64,000 nt of DNA from Candidatus Binatia bacterium (GTDB lineage Bacteria; Desulfobacterota; Binatia; Bin18). The first letter of the stretch is position 1. Each line of letters opens with the position of its first letter. Below are positions 39,335 through 48,179 of this stretch, piece by piece. A model generated the notes under the pieces. It saw only the letters and a program-made list of their open reading frames with translations, was not told where the DNA came from and made no database searches. Location: contig OY761159.2 of assembly GCA_963664395.2 (NCBI GenBank), positions 3,328,001-3,392,000 on the forward strand, given 5' to 3'. The translations under genes and the position numbers were made by a program.

Positions 39335-40426
39335 CTCATCCGGCGCCATGGCCCGGCAATCGATCGGCGTCCAGCCGATCCGGACTCGGTCTCCCTCCAG
39401 CACGGCGCCGTGACCGACGGTATTCGGAATCTTGATGATGAAGTCCGTGCTGCCACACACGGCCACCCGCAGGCGCAGGTGATCGCCCAGGAAGGTAATG
39501 TCCTCGATGCCGGCCTCAAACCGGTTGCTGTACAGCTCCGGCTTGGGCGCGAGGCAGACCCGTTCCGGGCGGATGGCCAGGGTGACCGGGTCACCCGGTT
39601 TACACGGCCCGACCTGGAAGGCCTGGACGATTTGGTCACCGACCTCTACCCGCGAAATATCGTGCTCAAGGCTGAGGACCCGCCCGTGCAGCAGATTATT
39701 TTCGCCAATGAAGCTGGCAACGAACGGGCGTTCCGGCTCTTCGTACAGCGTTTCAGGCTGGGCGATCTGCTCAATCCGGCCGCGGCGAAAGACGGCCACC
39801 CGGTCCGACAGTACCATGGCCTCCTGCTGGTCATGGGTGACGTAGACGACCGTGACCCCCAGGCTGCGCTGGATGCGCCGGATCTCATACTGCATTTCCT
39901 CACGCAAACGGCGGTCAAGGGCGCCGAGCGGTTCGTCCATCAGCACCAGGCTGGGCTCAAACACCAGCGCCCGGGCGATGGCCACGCGTTGCTGCTGGCC
40001 GCCGGACAGCTCGGCCGGACGCCTCTCCTCAAGTCCTTCCAGGCGCACGAGTTGCAGCGCGCGCCGGACGCGCTCTCGGATCTGCTCCGAGTCGAGCCCG
40101 CGTACTTCGAGCGGAAACGCCAAGTTGCCGCCAACCGTCATATGCGGAAACAGCGCGTAGTTCTGAAAAACCACGCCGATGCCGCGCTTGCGCGGCGGCA
40201 GGTCATGCACCGAGTGGCCGTGGATGCGGATGGTGCCCGAGGTGAGCGGCTCAAAGCCGGCCGGCATCATCAGGCAGGTAGTCTTGCCCGAGCCGGAAGC
40301 GCCGAGCAGGGTCAGGAACTCTCCTTCGTACACGGTCAGATCGAGATCGCGCACGACTTGAACCCGCCCGTCATAGCTCTTGCACACGCGCTCGAATTCG
40401 ACGTGGGCGTTATGGGTTGCCTCCAT
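39326..40426 (-). CDS. PotA-like ABC ATP-binding protein
   Basis: GASGSGKT, LSGGQQQR, LMDEP and VTHD motifs; TOBE-like C-terminus. Confidence 0.92.
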   Translation of the reverse strand: MEATHNAHVEFERVCKSYDGRVQVVRDLDLTVYEGEFLTLLGASGSGKTTCLMMPAGFEPLTSGTIRIHGHSVHDLPPRKRGIGVVFQNYALFPHMTVGGNLAFPLEVRGLDSEQIRERVRRALQLVRLEGLEERRPAELSGGQQQRVAIARALVFEPSLVLMDEPLGALDRRLREEMQYEIRRIQRSLGVTVVYVTHDQQEAMVLSDRVAVFRRGRIEQIAQPETLYEEPERPFVASFIGENNLLHGRVLSLEHDISRVEVGDQIVQAFQVGPCKPGDPVTLAIRPERVCLAPKPELYSNRFEAGIEDITFLGDHLRLRVAVCGSTDFIIKIPNTVGHGAVLEGDRVRIGWTPIDCRAMAPDEKE

Positions 40427-40521
40427 GTTGATCCTGTGTCGCCCGCCTGTCGGGCCTTCAAATCTAGGCGGCTCGCCTCAAAACAAGTGGGGGGTATCCT
40501 GACGTATTCGAGCGAGTGGTG

Positions 40522-41847
40522 TCAAGTTCGGTACGCTGAGGCGTCACCGGGTAGTTCCATCTGCTGACCCGTTCTGATGCCGCGCCGCTCGTCCACCGTC
40601 AGCAGCAGCAAGCCGCCAAGGACAAAAAAACCGACCACCGTTGCCACGCCCAGGCGTTGACTGCCGGTTGCCTGGGTCACTATGCCCAGCAGCAGGGGCC
40701 CGGCGAAGGTGGTAATCTTGCCGGAAAAGGCGAATAAACCGAAAAAGCTGGCAGTGTGCTGCTCTGGTATGAAGCGGGCCATCAGCGTGCGGCTGGCCGA
40801 CTGATTCGGCCCCACGAACAGCCCCAGGCTCAGGCCGGCCAGCCACAGCCAGCCGACGCTGGGCGCCCAGACCGCCAGCAGGCTGCACGCCGTCAGCGCT
40901 ATCAGCGTAACCAGGATGGTGCGCTTACCGCCCAGCCGGTCGTCCACAAAGCCGAACACGCCGGCGCCGATGCCGGCCGTGACATTGAGGGCGATACCGA
41001 ACTGGATGACCTCCGGCAGGCTCATCCCGAACGTGCCCGCCGCGTAGATGCCGCCGAACGCGAAAATGGTGACCAGCCCGTCGTTATACAACAGCCGGGC
41101 GGCCAGCAGCCGGGCGATGTCTGGATAGTGGCGCAGCCGCCCGAAGGTGCGGCCCAGCTCGCGGTAGACCCCCGTACGGGGAGAGGCCGAACCGCTCCCG
41201 GATGGCTGGCGCGGGGCGAACATGAATAGCGGCAGGCTGAACAGCGCGAACCAGCCGGCCGCCAGCAGGCAGACCGCCCGGTAGTTGAAACCGGCCTCGG
41301 TACTGATGCCGAACAAGGGCTGCTCACGCGCCAGCACGGCCAGGGCCAGGACGAGGCTCAGCAGGCCGCCGGCATAGCCCAGCCCCCAGGCCCAGCCCGA
41401 CAGCCGGCCGACCCGCTCGGCCGGGGCCAGTTCGGGCAGAAAGGCGTTGTAGAATACGGTGCTCAGCTCGAATCCGACATTGGCGATCACGAACAGGGAC
41501 AGCGCCGTCAGTCCGGCCCAGGCCAAGTCCGGATGCACGCCGGTCATCCCCGCGCTGGCGATGCAGCACACCAGGGTACACACTCCCAGACAGGTCAGCC
41601 GCCGGCCGCTACGGTCGGCCAGCGCGCCGAGCGGCGGGGCCAGCACTGCCACCAGTATGCCGCTCAGGCCGACCGCACGAGACCACTGCGCCGTACCGGT
41701 CACCTCGTCCGCGGCAATGGCAGTCGTGAAATACGTGGCGTAGACAAAAGTCACCACCAGGGTGGCAAACGCCGAATTGGCCCAGTCGAACATCGCCCAG
41801 GCGACCAATGTCCTGCGGGGTGGAGGCTGGGCGATAGTGGCTCGCAT
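40522..41847 (-). CDS. UMF1/Atg22-like MFS transporter
   Basis: WAMFDWANSAF, FYNAFL, GWAWGLGY.GG and SASR motifs. Confidence 0.88.
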   Translation of the reverse strand: MRATIAQPPPRRTLVAWAMFDWANSAFATLVVTFVYATYFTTAIAADEVTGTAQWSRAVGLSGILVAVLAPPLGALADRSGRRLTCLGVCTLVCCIASAGMTGVHPDLAWAGLTALSLFVIANVGFELSTVFYNAFLPELAPAERVGRLSGWAWGLGYAGGLLSLVLALAVLAREQPLFGISTEAGFNYRAVCLLAAGWFALFSLPLFMFAPRQPSGSGSASPRTGVYRELGRTFGRLRHYPDIARLLAARLLYNDGLVTIFAFGGIYAAGTFGMSLPEVIQFGIALNVTAGIGAGVFGFVDDRLGGKRTILVTLIALTACSLLAVWAPSVGWLWLAGLSLGLFVGPNQSASRTLMARFIPEQHTASFFGLFAFSGKITTFAGPLLLGIVTQATGSQRLGVATVVGFFVLGGLLLLTVDERRGIRTGQQMELPGDASAYRT

Positions 41848-41905
41848 GGCCGATCACATAGCAGGCAGGCGGCGCGGTGACGAGAGACGACGACGCGGGT
41901 TCACT

Positions 41906-41943
41906 GTTTCAATCCTTACCGACCTATTAAGGCCGGCAGCTAC
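41906..41943 (-). CRISPR. Orphan CRISPR repeat of a second family (type I-C-like)
   Basis: Minus strand GTAGCTGCCGGCCTTAATAGGTCGGTAAGGATTGAAAC, with a hairpin and ATTGAAAC end; 29/31 nt identical to 56779-56809. Confidence 0.7.
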
Positions 41944-42008
41944 TGATGAATGGTTTGACCGTATCGCAGATTCCAACTAGTCTACCACTAGCGCAAATCA
42001 CGATTCTG

Positions 42009-42110
42009 TGTAGCCGTCCGTCATTCCTGCGGAAGCAGGAATCCAGGCCCTCGCCGCCCGCTGGATGCCGGATCACGTCCGGCATGACGGAAGCCCCCTG
42101 AACGGCTACA
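42009..42110. repeat. REP/MITE-like element (CGTCATTCC..GGAATCCAG / CTGGATGCCGG..CCGGCATGACG) with 9-bp terminal inverted repeats
   Basis: TGTAGCCGT...ACGGCTACA termini and internal hairpins; partial copy near 24878-24910. Confidence 0.7.
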
Positions 42111-42155
42111 GTCTAACGTGAAACGCTCTAGTCTGAAATTCTGGAGGTATGTTGC

Positions 42156-42398
42156 ATGCCTGAAATCGGTGCTTTCGAAGCAAAAACCCACCTGCCGAAG
42201 CTGTTGCGGCGCGTTCAGGCGGGGGAGCGATTCATCATCACCAAACATAATCGGCCCGTGGCCGAGTTGATTCCTTTTCAGCCGCACGATTCCGACAAGG
42301 TACGTGCAGCGATTGCCAGGCTGAAGGCGTTTCAGGAAACGCACAGTCTGGAAGGATTATCGGTTCGCCAGATGATCGAGGAAGGCCGCAAGTACTGA
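42156..42398 (+). CDS. Phd/YefM-family antitoxin
   Basis: EAKTHL..LL..V..GE...IT.H..PVA.L.P motif; GGAGG RBS. Confidence 0.9.
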   Translation: MPEIGAFEAKTHLPKLLRRVQAGERFIITKHNRPVAELIPFQPHDSDKVRAAIARLKAFQETHSLEGLSVRQMIEEGRKY

Positions 42399-42814
42399 TG
42401 GCATTCGTCCTGGATTGCTCGGTCACCATGGCCTGGGTCTTCCCTGACGAAGCGACGGACACCACCGACTGGCTGCGAGACTCGCTGGTGGAAGGTCGGG
42501 CGTTCGTCCCCTCCCTCTGGCCAGCGGAGGTTGGCAACGTGCTGCTGACTGCCACTCGGCGGGGCCGAATCCGTGTTGACGAGTGGCCGGAGATTCGCGC
42601 GAATCTTGAGGCATTGCCTATCGAAATCGACCCAGTGACTACATCCCGGGCGTGGGGTGTGTCGCTGGAACTGGCGCAGACGCACCAGCTTTCCGTCTAC
42701 GACGCGATGTATCTGGAACTCGCCATGCGGCTGCAATTACCGCTGGCTACGCTGGACCGCGCGCTCCGTAACGCCGCGCAAGCCGTGGGCCTTGAACCGC
42801 CGCCGGTCAAGTAG
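42398..42814 (+). CDS. vapC: VapC PIN-domain toxin
   Basis: VLDCS, W..EV.N, LS.YDA.YL and LATLD motifs; overlaps the antitoxin stop. Confidence 0.9.
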   Translation: MAFVLDCSVTMAWVFPDEATDTTDWLRDSLVEGRAFVPSLWPAEVGNVLLTATRRGRIRVDEWPEIRANLEALPIEIDPVTTSRAWGVSLELAQTHQLSVYDAMYLELAMRLQLPLATLDRALRNAAQAVGLEPPPVK

Positions 42815-42822
42815 TCTTCGAC

Positions 42823-42850
42823 GGCCTATCCCCGCGTGTACGGGGGAACC
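42823..42850 (-). CRISPR. Orphan type I-E repeat 2.3 kb beyond the trailer end of the array
   Basis: GGCCTATCCCCGCGTGTACGGGGGAACC, 27/28 identical to the array consensus, same orientation. Confidence 0.9.
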
Positions 42851-42945
42851 GGTTGTTATCTCAGAAATAAGATTCGCGGGGGCGGGTACATCAGGAAACC
42901 TCTGTGCCGGGCTTGACCCCGCCCGGCTGGGGGACTTGGTAGGGA

Positions 42946-43242
42946 CTAGGCGGTGCGCCGTAACAGCTCGGCTAAGACTTCGCCTTGCCGCTCTAGCGCC
43001 TGGCCCTGCTGTGTGAACGCCTTGGTCATGGCTTCGCCTCGCCGGTCCAGGGCCTGGCCGATTTTGCCCAACGCTTCCGACTGCGCTCGGCTCTGCTCGC
43101 GTTGGCCGGCCTCCATTATGTCCAGCTGCCGGTTGCGCTCCTCTGAGGCTTTCTTCATCTGCCACAAGCCCCAGCTAATCAAGATCAGCTGCCCGAGCCC
43201 AATCCCGACCTGCGCCGATGTGGCTATGATTTGATGTTCCAT
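42946..43242 (-). CDS. Small single-TM, coiled-coil protein
   Basis: AAAGGAG RBS; TM segment then repeated GQAL(D/E)R.GE units; paralogue of 24562-24786. Confidence 0.7.
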   Translation of the reverse strand: MEHQIIATSAQVGIGLGQLILISWGLWQMKKASEERNRQLDIMEAGQREQSRAQSEALGKIGQALDRRGEAMTKAFTQQGQALERQGEVLAELLRRTA

Positions 43243-43437
43243 ATCTGCTCCTTTCCGGACAAAATTTGCGCACCCACCCAGCAAAAAAAGAGGCTCCGCA
43301 GTCAAGGGCCGACCGGAGGGAGGGGAGCGCAGCGACTGTACCCTTGACGTGGGATTCTTTTTGCTACCATCGGACAAGCAAGGCAGGAGGCGTCTTTCAT
43401 CAAAAACAGCGCCCGGAGGGCCACTTTTAGCCCCGCG

Positions 43438-44430
43438 TTAAATATGAATCCGCTCGATCTCATCAAGGGATACCTCATCCTGCAAGCGGTTGTATAATTG
43501 CGTCGTGCGGGTCGATTCATGGCCGGCGATACGCGCCGCCGTCTCCAGCGTTCCCCCCGCGCGGAGATATTCGGTAATGCCTGTTCCCCGGAAGCTGTGG
43601 GCGCAGATCTCACCAGGCAAGCCCGCGCTCTTCGCGCGGCGCTTAATCATCTTCAAGGCGTCGGTCCGTTTGATCGGGCGGCTGCTGAGCTGGTCGAGCC
43701 CCCGTTGTGTGCCAGCAGAGGGAAACAAGGGGCCTTTCGGGTCGGCCGTCAGGCCGGCGCGCTCGATGTATTCATCCGTCCAGGCCTGCGCCATATGGTG
43801 AGCGGGAATGACCAGATACTTACCGCCCTTCTCGTGCAGCCGGAAGTAGGACCGCTTGCCCTGGGTGTAATAGTCGGCCACCCGCATCGCCAGCGCCGCG
43901 CTCACCCGCGCAAAGCCGTACACCATCAGGCCCATCAACGCGCGATCCCTCAGCCCTATGAGAGTTGAAGGGTCTATACTGTCGAGCAAGCCCCGCGCTT
44001 CTTCCGCCGTTAAAATGGGGGTCTTGCCCGTTTTGATGATCTGCTTCGGGCCGCGGACCGCGCCGGCCGGATTACTGCGCATGACCTGGCCCACTACGAG
44101 CCAGTCAAAGAGCTGCCGCAAGGCGGCCGGATTTTGCTTGACTGTGGACGGCGCATAAGCCCGCCCAAGCTGCTCGATGTAGCGGGCGACATGCAAGGGC
44201 TCGACCCGGGCCAAGGTGAGGGCCTGCGCCGCGCACCAGTCCGCGAAGCGGTAGGCCGCCGTGACGTAGGCCATCCGGGTATTGGCATTGCGGATGTTCG
44301 CCCCAAAGAACTCCCAAAACCGCTGCTGCCCCTGCCTGGTGTCCGCAAAGAGCTGCGGGGGGCGTCCACCCGCAATGCGGGCCGGAATCGGCTCACTCGC
44401 CGGGCGGCGTTCCGCTATTTGCATCTTCAT
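43438..44430 (-). CDS. Tyrosine recombinase/integrase
   Basis: SAM-like N-terminus (NIRN.NTR.AY); catalytic R (FARV), K (EKGGK), HSFR, GH and TQLY all present. Confidence 0.92.
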   Translation of the reverse strand: MKMQIAERRPASEPIPARIAGGRPPQLFADTRQGQQRFWEFFGANIRNANTRMAYVTAAYRFADWCAAQALTLARVEPLHVARYIEQLGRAYAPSTVKQNPAALRQLFDWLVVGQVMRSNPAGAVRGPKQIIKTGKTPILTAEEARGLLDSIDPSTLIGLRDRALMGLMVYGFARVSAALAMRVADYYTQGKRSYFRLHEKGGKYLVIPAHHMAQAWTDEYIERAGLTADPKGPLFPSAGTQRGLDQLSSRPIKRTDALKMIKRRAKSAGLPGEICAHSFRGTGITEYLRAGGTLETAARIAGHESTRTTQLYNRLQDEVSLDEIERIHI

Positions 44431-44451
44431 CCCCGCCCTCCTGCCATAAGG

Positions 44452-44475
44452 CAGTCATAACAACGTTTATGACTG
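44452..44475. promoter_or_regulatory. Candidate tyrosine-recombinase core site
   Basis: CAGTCATAA-CAACGT-TTATGACTG, perfect 9-bp arms with a 6-bp spacer, 21 nt upstream of the integrase start. Confidence 0.65.
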
Positions 44476-44553
44476 ACAGACAAGACGCCCCCACCCCCGC
44501 CGCGTTTTTCGAGCCCTATCTTTCTCCTGTCGTCGGCCAGCACCCGACCTCAT

Positions 44554-44582
44554 TTGACGCATATACGATCTGTATATATAAT
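44554..44582 (+). promoter_or_regulatory. Sigma70 promoter of brnTA with overlapping palindromic operator
   Basis: TTGACG-N17-TATAAT with an ATATAC-N5-GTATAT inverted repeat inside; GTG start 6 nt downstream (leaderless). Confidence 0.8.
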
Positions 44583-44588
44583 TTTGGG

Positions 44589-44858
44589 GTGCAATTGACC
44601 TGGCACGAAACGAAGCGCCGCACCAACCTGACCAGCCACGGCTTAGATTTCGGGGATGCCGAGGAGGTCTTTGCTGGTCCGACGTTCACCTTCGAGGACG
44701 ACCGATTGCACTATCCTGAACAGCGGTTTGTGACACTTGGCCTCCTGAGAGGGGTGTGTGTGTCGCTTGTGCATACCGAGACGCCGGCGCGTATTCATGT
44801 CATTTCCTTCCGAAAGGCAACCAGAAATGAACAGATCATCTTCTTCCAAAACGTCTAA
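44589..44858 (+). CDS. brnT: BrnT family toxin
   Basis: W...K...N...HG.DF, Y.E.R...G and ISFRKA...E motifs. Confidence 0.88.
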   Translation: MQLTWHETKRRTNLTSHGLDFGDAEEVFAGPTFTFEDDRLHYPEQRFVTLGLLRGVCVSLVHTETPARIHVISFRKATRNEQIIFFQNV

Positions 44859-45105
44859 GACGGATTGGCCGCGGCTCAAGGCGATGCAAGAGCAAGACAT
44901 TCGGCTCACCGACGAGCATCCGGCCACCGAGGTGGACCATATTGTGCGCGGCATTGCCCGCCAGGGCTTGCGGCCCATTCCCCCCAAAACGCTGATTTCC
45001 CTGCGGGTGGATGCGGACGTGCTGGCGTGGTTCAAAGCGCAGGGCGCCGGCTATCAGACCCGGATGAACGCCGTGTTACGGGCCTTCAAGGAAGCCGCCG
45101 GCTAA
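44827..45105 (+). CDS. brnA: BrnA family antitoxin
   Basis: TDW.RL and K..ISLRVD.DVL.WFK..G.GYQTR.N.VLR motifs. Confidence 0.9.
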   Translation: MNRSSSSKTSKTDWPRLKAMQEQDIRLTDEHPATEVDHIVRGIARQGLRPIPPKTLISLRVDADVLAWFKAQGAGYQTRMNAVLRAFKEAAG

Positions 45106-45169
45106 TCCTTTCATTGTGGCTTTCACCCCCCCCCCCCCCAGCGCGCGCCTTGACGCTGTTGAGGCAGCC

Positions 45170-46125
45170 GGTCTATCCCCGCGTGTGCGGGGGAACCGTT
45201 CGGGTTAGGGTGATGCTATGCCTGTACTGGGGTCTATCCCCGCGTGTGCGGGGGAACCTAACCTCCCCAACTCTTCACTATGTGTGACTAAGGTCTATCC
45301 CCGCGTGTACGGGGGAACCGCGGCCCAACGTTTGAAGTAAAGGTGAGGCTCAGGTCTATCCCCGCGTGTACGGGGGAACCTCCTGGCTCAGCGTCGGAGG
45401 CTGGCTAACTGTCGGTCTATCCCCGCGTGTACGGGGGAACCGAGTTGCAGCCCGCTGTACGGCTCTGGCCGCAGTTGGGTCTATCCCCGCGTGTACGGGG
45501 GAACCGACCAGATTGGCGATACGGCCCTGGCCGAGTTGGGTCTATCCCCGCGTGTACGGGGGAACCTGTTAACTTTCTTCGTGGGTGAACTGGATATTGG
45601 GTCTATCCCCGCGTGTACGGGGGAACCCAAGAGCGGGGGTAGGCGTGTTGATCGTGAGGCGGTCTATCCCCGCGTGTACGGGGGAACCGGCACCACGTCT
45701 CGCCATCGCTGGCCTGCCGAGTACGGTCTATCCCCGCGTGTACGGGGGAACCATCGCCAGAAGCTCCTCCATAGAGCAGGAGGCGGGTCTATCCCCGCGT
45801 GTACGGGGGAACCCGACCACCGTTGTTCCGCCACCACCGGCTATAGGGTCTATCCCCGCGTGTACGGGGGAACCCATGTCGGTTGCTCCCTTCGTATCGG
45901 TTAGGGGGGTCTATCCCCGCGTGTACGGGGGAACCGTGGCAAGCCGAACCGGGACAAGCCGACTGGGCGGTCTATCCCCGCGTGTACGGGGGAACCCTTC
46001 CCATATTGCCCATGCCGCCCCATAGGTGCGGTCTATCCCCGCGTGTACGGGGGAACCGCAGGGGCAGATCTTTACTCCTTTGCGCTTTCGTGGTTAGGGT
46101 CTATCCCCGCGTGTACGGGGGAACC
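45170..46125 (-). CRISPR. Type I-E CRISPR array: 16 repeats of 28 nt and 15 spacers (12x33, 2x36, 1x40 nt); leader on the cas2 side
   Basis: Plus-strand GGTCTATCCCCGCGTGTACGGGGGAACC; minus strand ends GGGGATAGACC like I-E repeats; the two trailer repeats carry a GTGC variant. Confidence 0.98.
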
Positions 46126-46206
46126 TCTACTGAGTTTATTAGACTTTTTGCCGCCGTGAGTCTATTCTCCGGCATGTAGAGGGATGCCGTTCAGATTATC
46201 AAAGAG

Positions 46207-46513
46207 CTATTTGTCCTGAGTTTGGCGGGTTCGCCGCGACAAGATGAGGCCCTCTTGGTCCACTAACTCGACCGGTGGTGACCCCAGGACTCGAACGCCT
46301 TGTCCCCCCGGCTCACGTGGGTCCTGCCATGTCATGACAATAGATTGGCCGCCCAACTCCAGGAACCATTCCTCTATCACCGTCCATACCCGCTCTCTGA
46401 CGCTACGAGACAGCCTCGGGGCAGTGTACACCCCAGGGGGCAATCTCAATCATGCAAGAGGCCAAAAACCCACGGGTGCGTGGGGCAACGTCACGTGTCA
46501 CTACTACTGTCAT
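46207..46513 (-). CDS. cas2: Type I-E Cas2 with a +1 frameshift in the G5 run at 46436-46440
   Basis: MTVVVTRDVAPRTRGFLASCMIEIAP continues as GVYTAPRLSRSVRERVW after removing one base. Confidence 0.85.
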
Positions 46514-47372
46514 CGTCGTCCATCAATTTTATTATGCGATCAATCATTTTCGATATGATCTTCTTCTCTCTGAATCGGCGTCCCGCCAATCGCCGGACAT
46601 GCCGTTCGAGCGGAATATGTCCATTTTTGTGATGCTGGCTCACTGCCTCAAATGCGACCGGGATGGTCACTTCAGTCCGGTACAGGTCCGCAATATCCAG
46701 ACAAAAGGCAATAGACGCATCCTCGTGAATAAAGCCCAGAGGAGGCAGCGTTCCGGTTGCGGCCACGGCAACAATAGCCGCGGCTTCGATTGCCGTGGCC
46801 GCGTGGTTAATGGCCTGGTTCGGAGCGTCGGCAATGTCCGGGTTTTGCCGGTCATAGTGGCGGCCATGCCACGCAATGCCATACTTCTGTGCCAGCAGGC
46901 CGTAGGCCGTTTTCATCCGCGCTCCCTCGATACCGCGCAGGATGGATATGTCCTGTTCGGGCAGCACCTCACCCAAACGCCAGGCGTACATGCGCCGGGC
47001 TAGGCGAAGCCGGGAGCGCATGTCGTTCCAGAGTTTTGCCTGACGGCGCGCTCTTCTCGAATCGTTCGGTCCAAAGGGCTGGGCGCTATACATCCGCACG
47101 CCGTCTTCCCCAACCGCGACAAGGCCGGTCCCGTGGCGGGCGAGAAGACGGAACACGTCATGGCTCACGGTTGAGCCCGGCCCCAGCAGGATGAACGAGA
47201 TATTCTGAAACGGAATGGCGTAATCGCCGGCAGCCATATCCGGCGACCCGGCGGTCCGAAAATGCAACGTGCCGTCCTCCACGCTGAGATTCCCACGCGC
47301 CAACCACAGCAGCCCATGACGGTCGGCGTGCGGAATCCGCGCGGCCTCAAGCCCTAATCTTCCTTTCAACAT
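46491..47372 (-). CDS. cas1: Type I-E Cas1
   Basis: LGPGS.VSH, VGE.GVR.Y, LRGIEG.R, LGFIH and F.LDIADLY motifs. Confidence 0.95.
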   Translation of the reverse strand: MLKGRLGLEAARIPHADRHGLLWLARGNLSVEDGTLHFRTAGSPDMAAGDYAIPFQNISFILLGPGSTVSHDVFRLLARHGTGLVAVGEDGVRMYSAQPFGPNDSRRARRQAKLWNDMRSRLRLARRMYAWRLGEVLPEQDISILRGIEGARMKTAYGLLAQKYGIAWHGRHYDRQNPDIADAPNQAINHAATAIEAAAIVAVAATGTLPPLGFIHEDASIAFCLDIADLYRTEVTIPVAFEAVSQHHKNGHIPLERHVRRLAGRRFREKKIISKMIDRIIKLMDDDDSSSDT

Positions 47373-47392
47373 AGCTCACCCTGGAGTCCGTC

Positions 47393-48178
47393 TTATCCGT
47401 CTTGCATGGCGGCCAGGCGTTCGGTCGGCCCAACGCAGGCCGGCCGCAGCAGCAACATCCCGTAGCCGTAGGCGCGGTGCCGTCCAATACCCTGGGTCAG
47501 CAAGGCGGTGAAGGCAGCGGCATCAGTAATGGTCAGGACGCCCCGCATGACCGCGTCCGGCCCTTCGCTGTGACGGGCACGGAGCTTACGCACGGCGCGG
47601 GTACGCTGGAATGAGCGTAACTCCGCCGACTCCAACCGCGCGCCGCCTCTGCGGGCAAACTGATCGGCCAACCACTCACGATACACTTCTTCACGACTGC
47701 ACGGCATCCCGTTCTTCGGATACTGCATTGCCTTGAGTTGGAAGGCGTCCCATTCCCTACCGGGGTGGCCTTCCGCGTTGCGACTGCGGCGCACGATGGG
47801 GCGAATCCGTGTCTCAAAGCCGAGCTGCTTGTCTGACCGCCATTCAGTCGGCATTGGTTTGCTGTTGATCGTATGACCGGGGATGATTTTTGCCTGCAAG
47901 GGATCGGCGTATATGCCAGCCGCGTCACGCAAAGAGTCGGCCTCGGCGTATCCGTATCCGTACCATACGCCACATACCGCGCCGCGCGGCACAATCAGAC
48001 GAAAGGGTTTGGGTGCCAGGTCGCCGAAGCATTCGGTGAGCAGACAGTGCATGGCGTGGTCCGCGTCCTGGAGGCGCTTACCGCCCATCCAGCGCTGAAA
48101 ATCGCGTACCCTGACATCGGCGCGGATCAGTTGAAGCGGAGCCGCAGGCGAATCGGTTGATGTGGCAGTATCCATCAT
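47393..48178 (-). CDS. cas6: Cas6e (Cse3/CasE)
   Basis: D.D.A.H, G.LTI.D...F..LL and the GIGRHRAYGYGML G-loop. Confidence 0.93.
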   Translation of the reverse strand: MMDTATSTDSPAAPLQLIRADVRVRDFQRWMGGKRLQDADHAMHCLLTECFGDLAPKPFRLIVPRGAVCGVWYGYGYAEADSLRDAAGIYADPLQAKIIPGHTINSKPMPTEWRSDKQLGFETRIRPIVRRSRNAEGHPGREWDAFQLKAMQYPKNGMPCSREEVYREWLADQFARRGGARLESAELRSFQRTRAVRKLRARHSEGPDAVMRGVLTITDAAAFTALLTQGIGRHRAYGYGMLLLRPACVGPTERLAAMQDG

Positions 48179-48179
48179 T

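Noticed and set aside
30570-40567. Long plus-strand ORFs (30570-31754, 33051-34247, 37515-39146, 39410-40567)
   Set aside because: Antisense shadows of well-supported GC-rich minus-strand genes, with no motifs.
42789-42900. CreTA-like mini-CRISPR antitoxin RNA at the orphan I-E repeat
   Set aside because: No convincing second pseudo-repeat at spacer distance, and I found no extended match of the flanks to TA or cas promoters by eye; a computational search could revisit this.
45126-45139. C14 homopolymer next to the array trailer as a phase-variation tract
   Set aside because: It is intergenic, with no promoter or ORF dependence evident, and its length is unreliable given other homopolymer errors.
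42851-45169. Integron interpretation of the integrase module
   Set aside because: The integrase lacks the IntI-specific insertion, and no attC (RYYYAAC...GTTRRRY) sites were seen.
45753-45785. Possible self-targeting of cas7 (ATCGCCAGAAG also occurs near 49877)
   Set aside because: Only about 11 contiguous nt match, at the seed-distal end, which is compatible with chance.
45366-46179. ORFs of 68-146 aa across the CRISPR array
   Set aside because: They are translations of the repeat (GLSPRVRGN, VYPRVYGGT), not genes.
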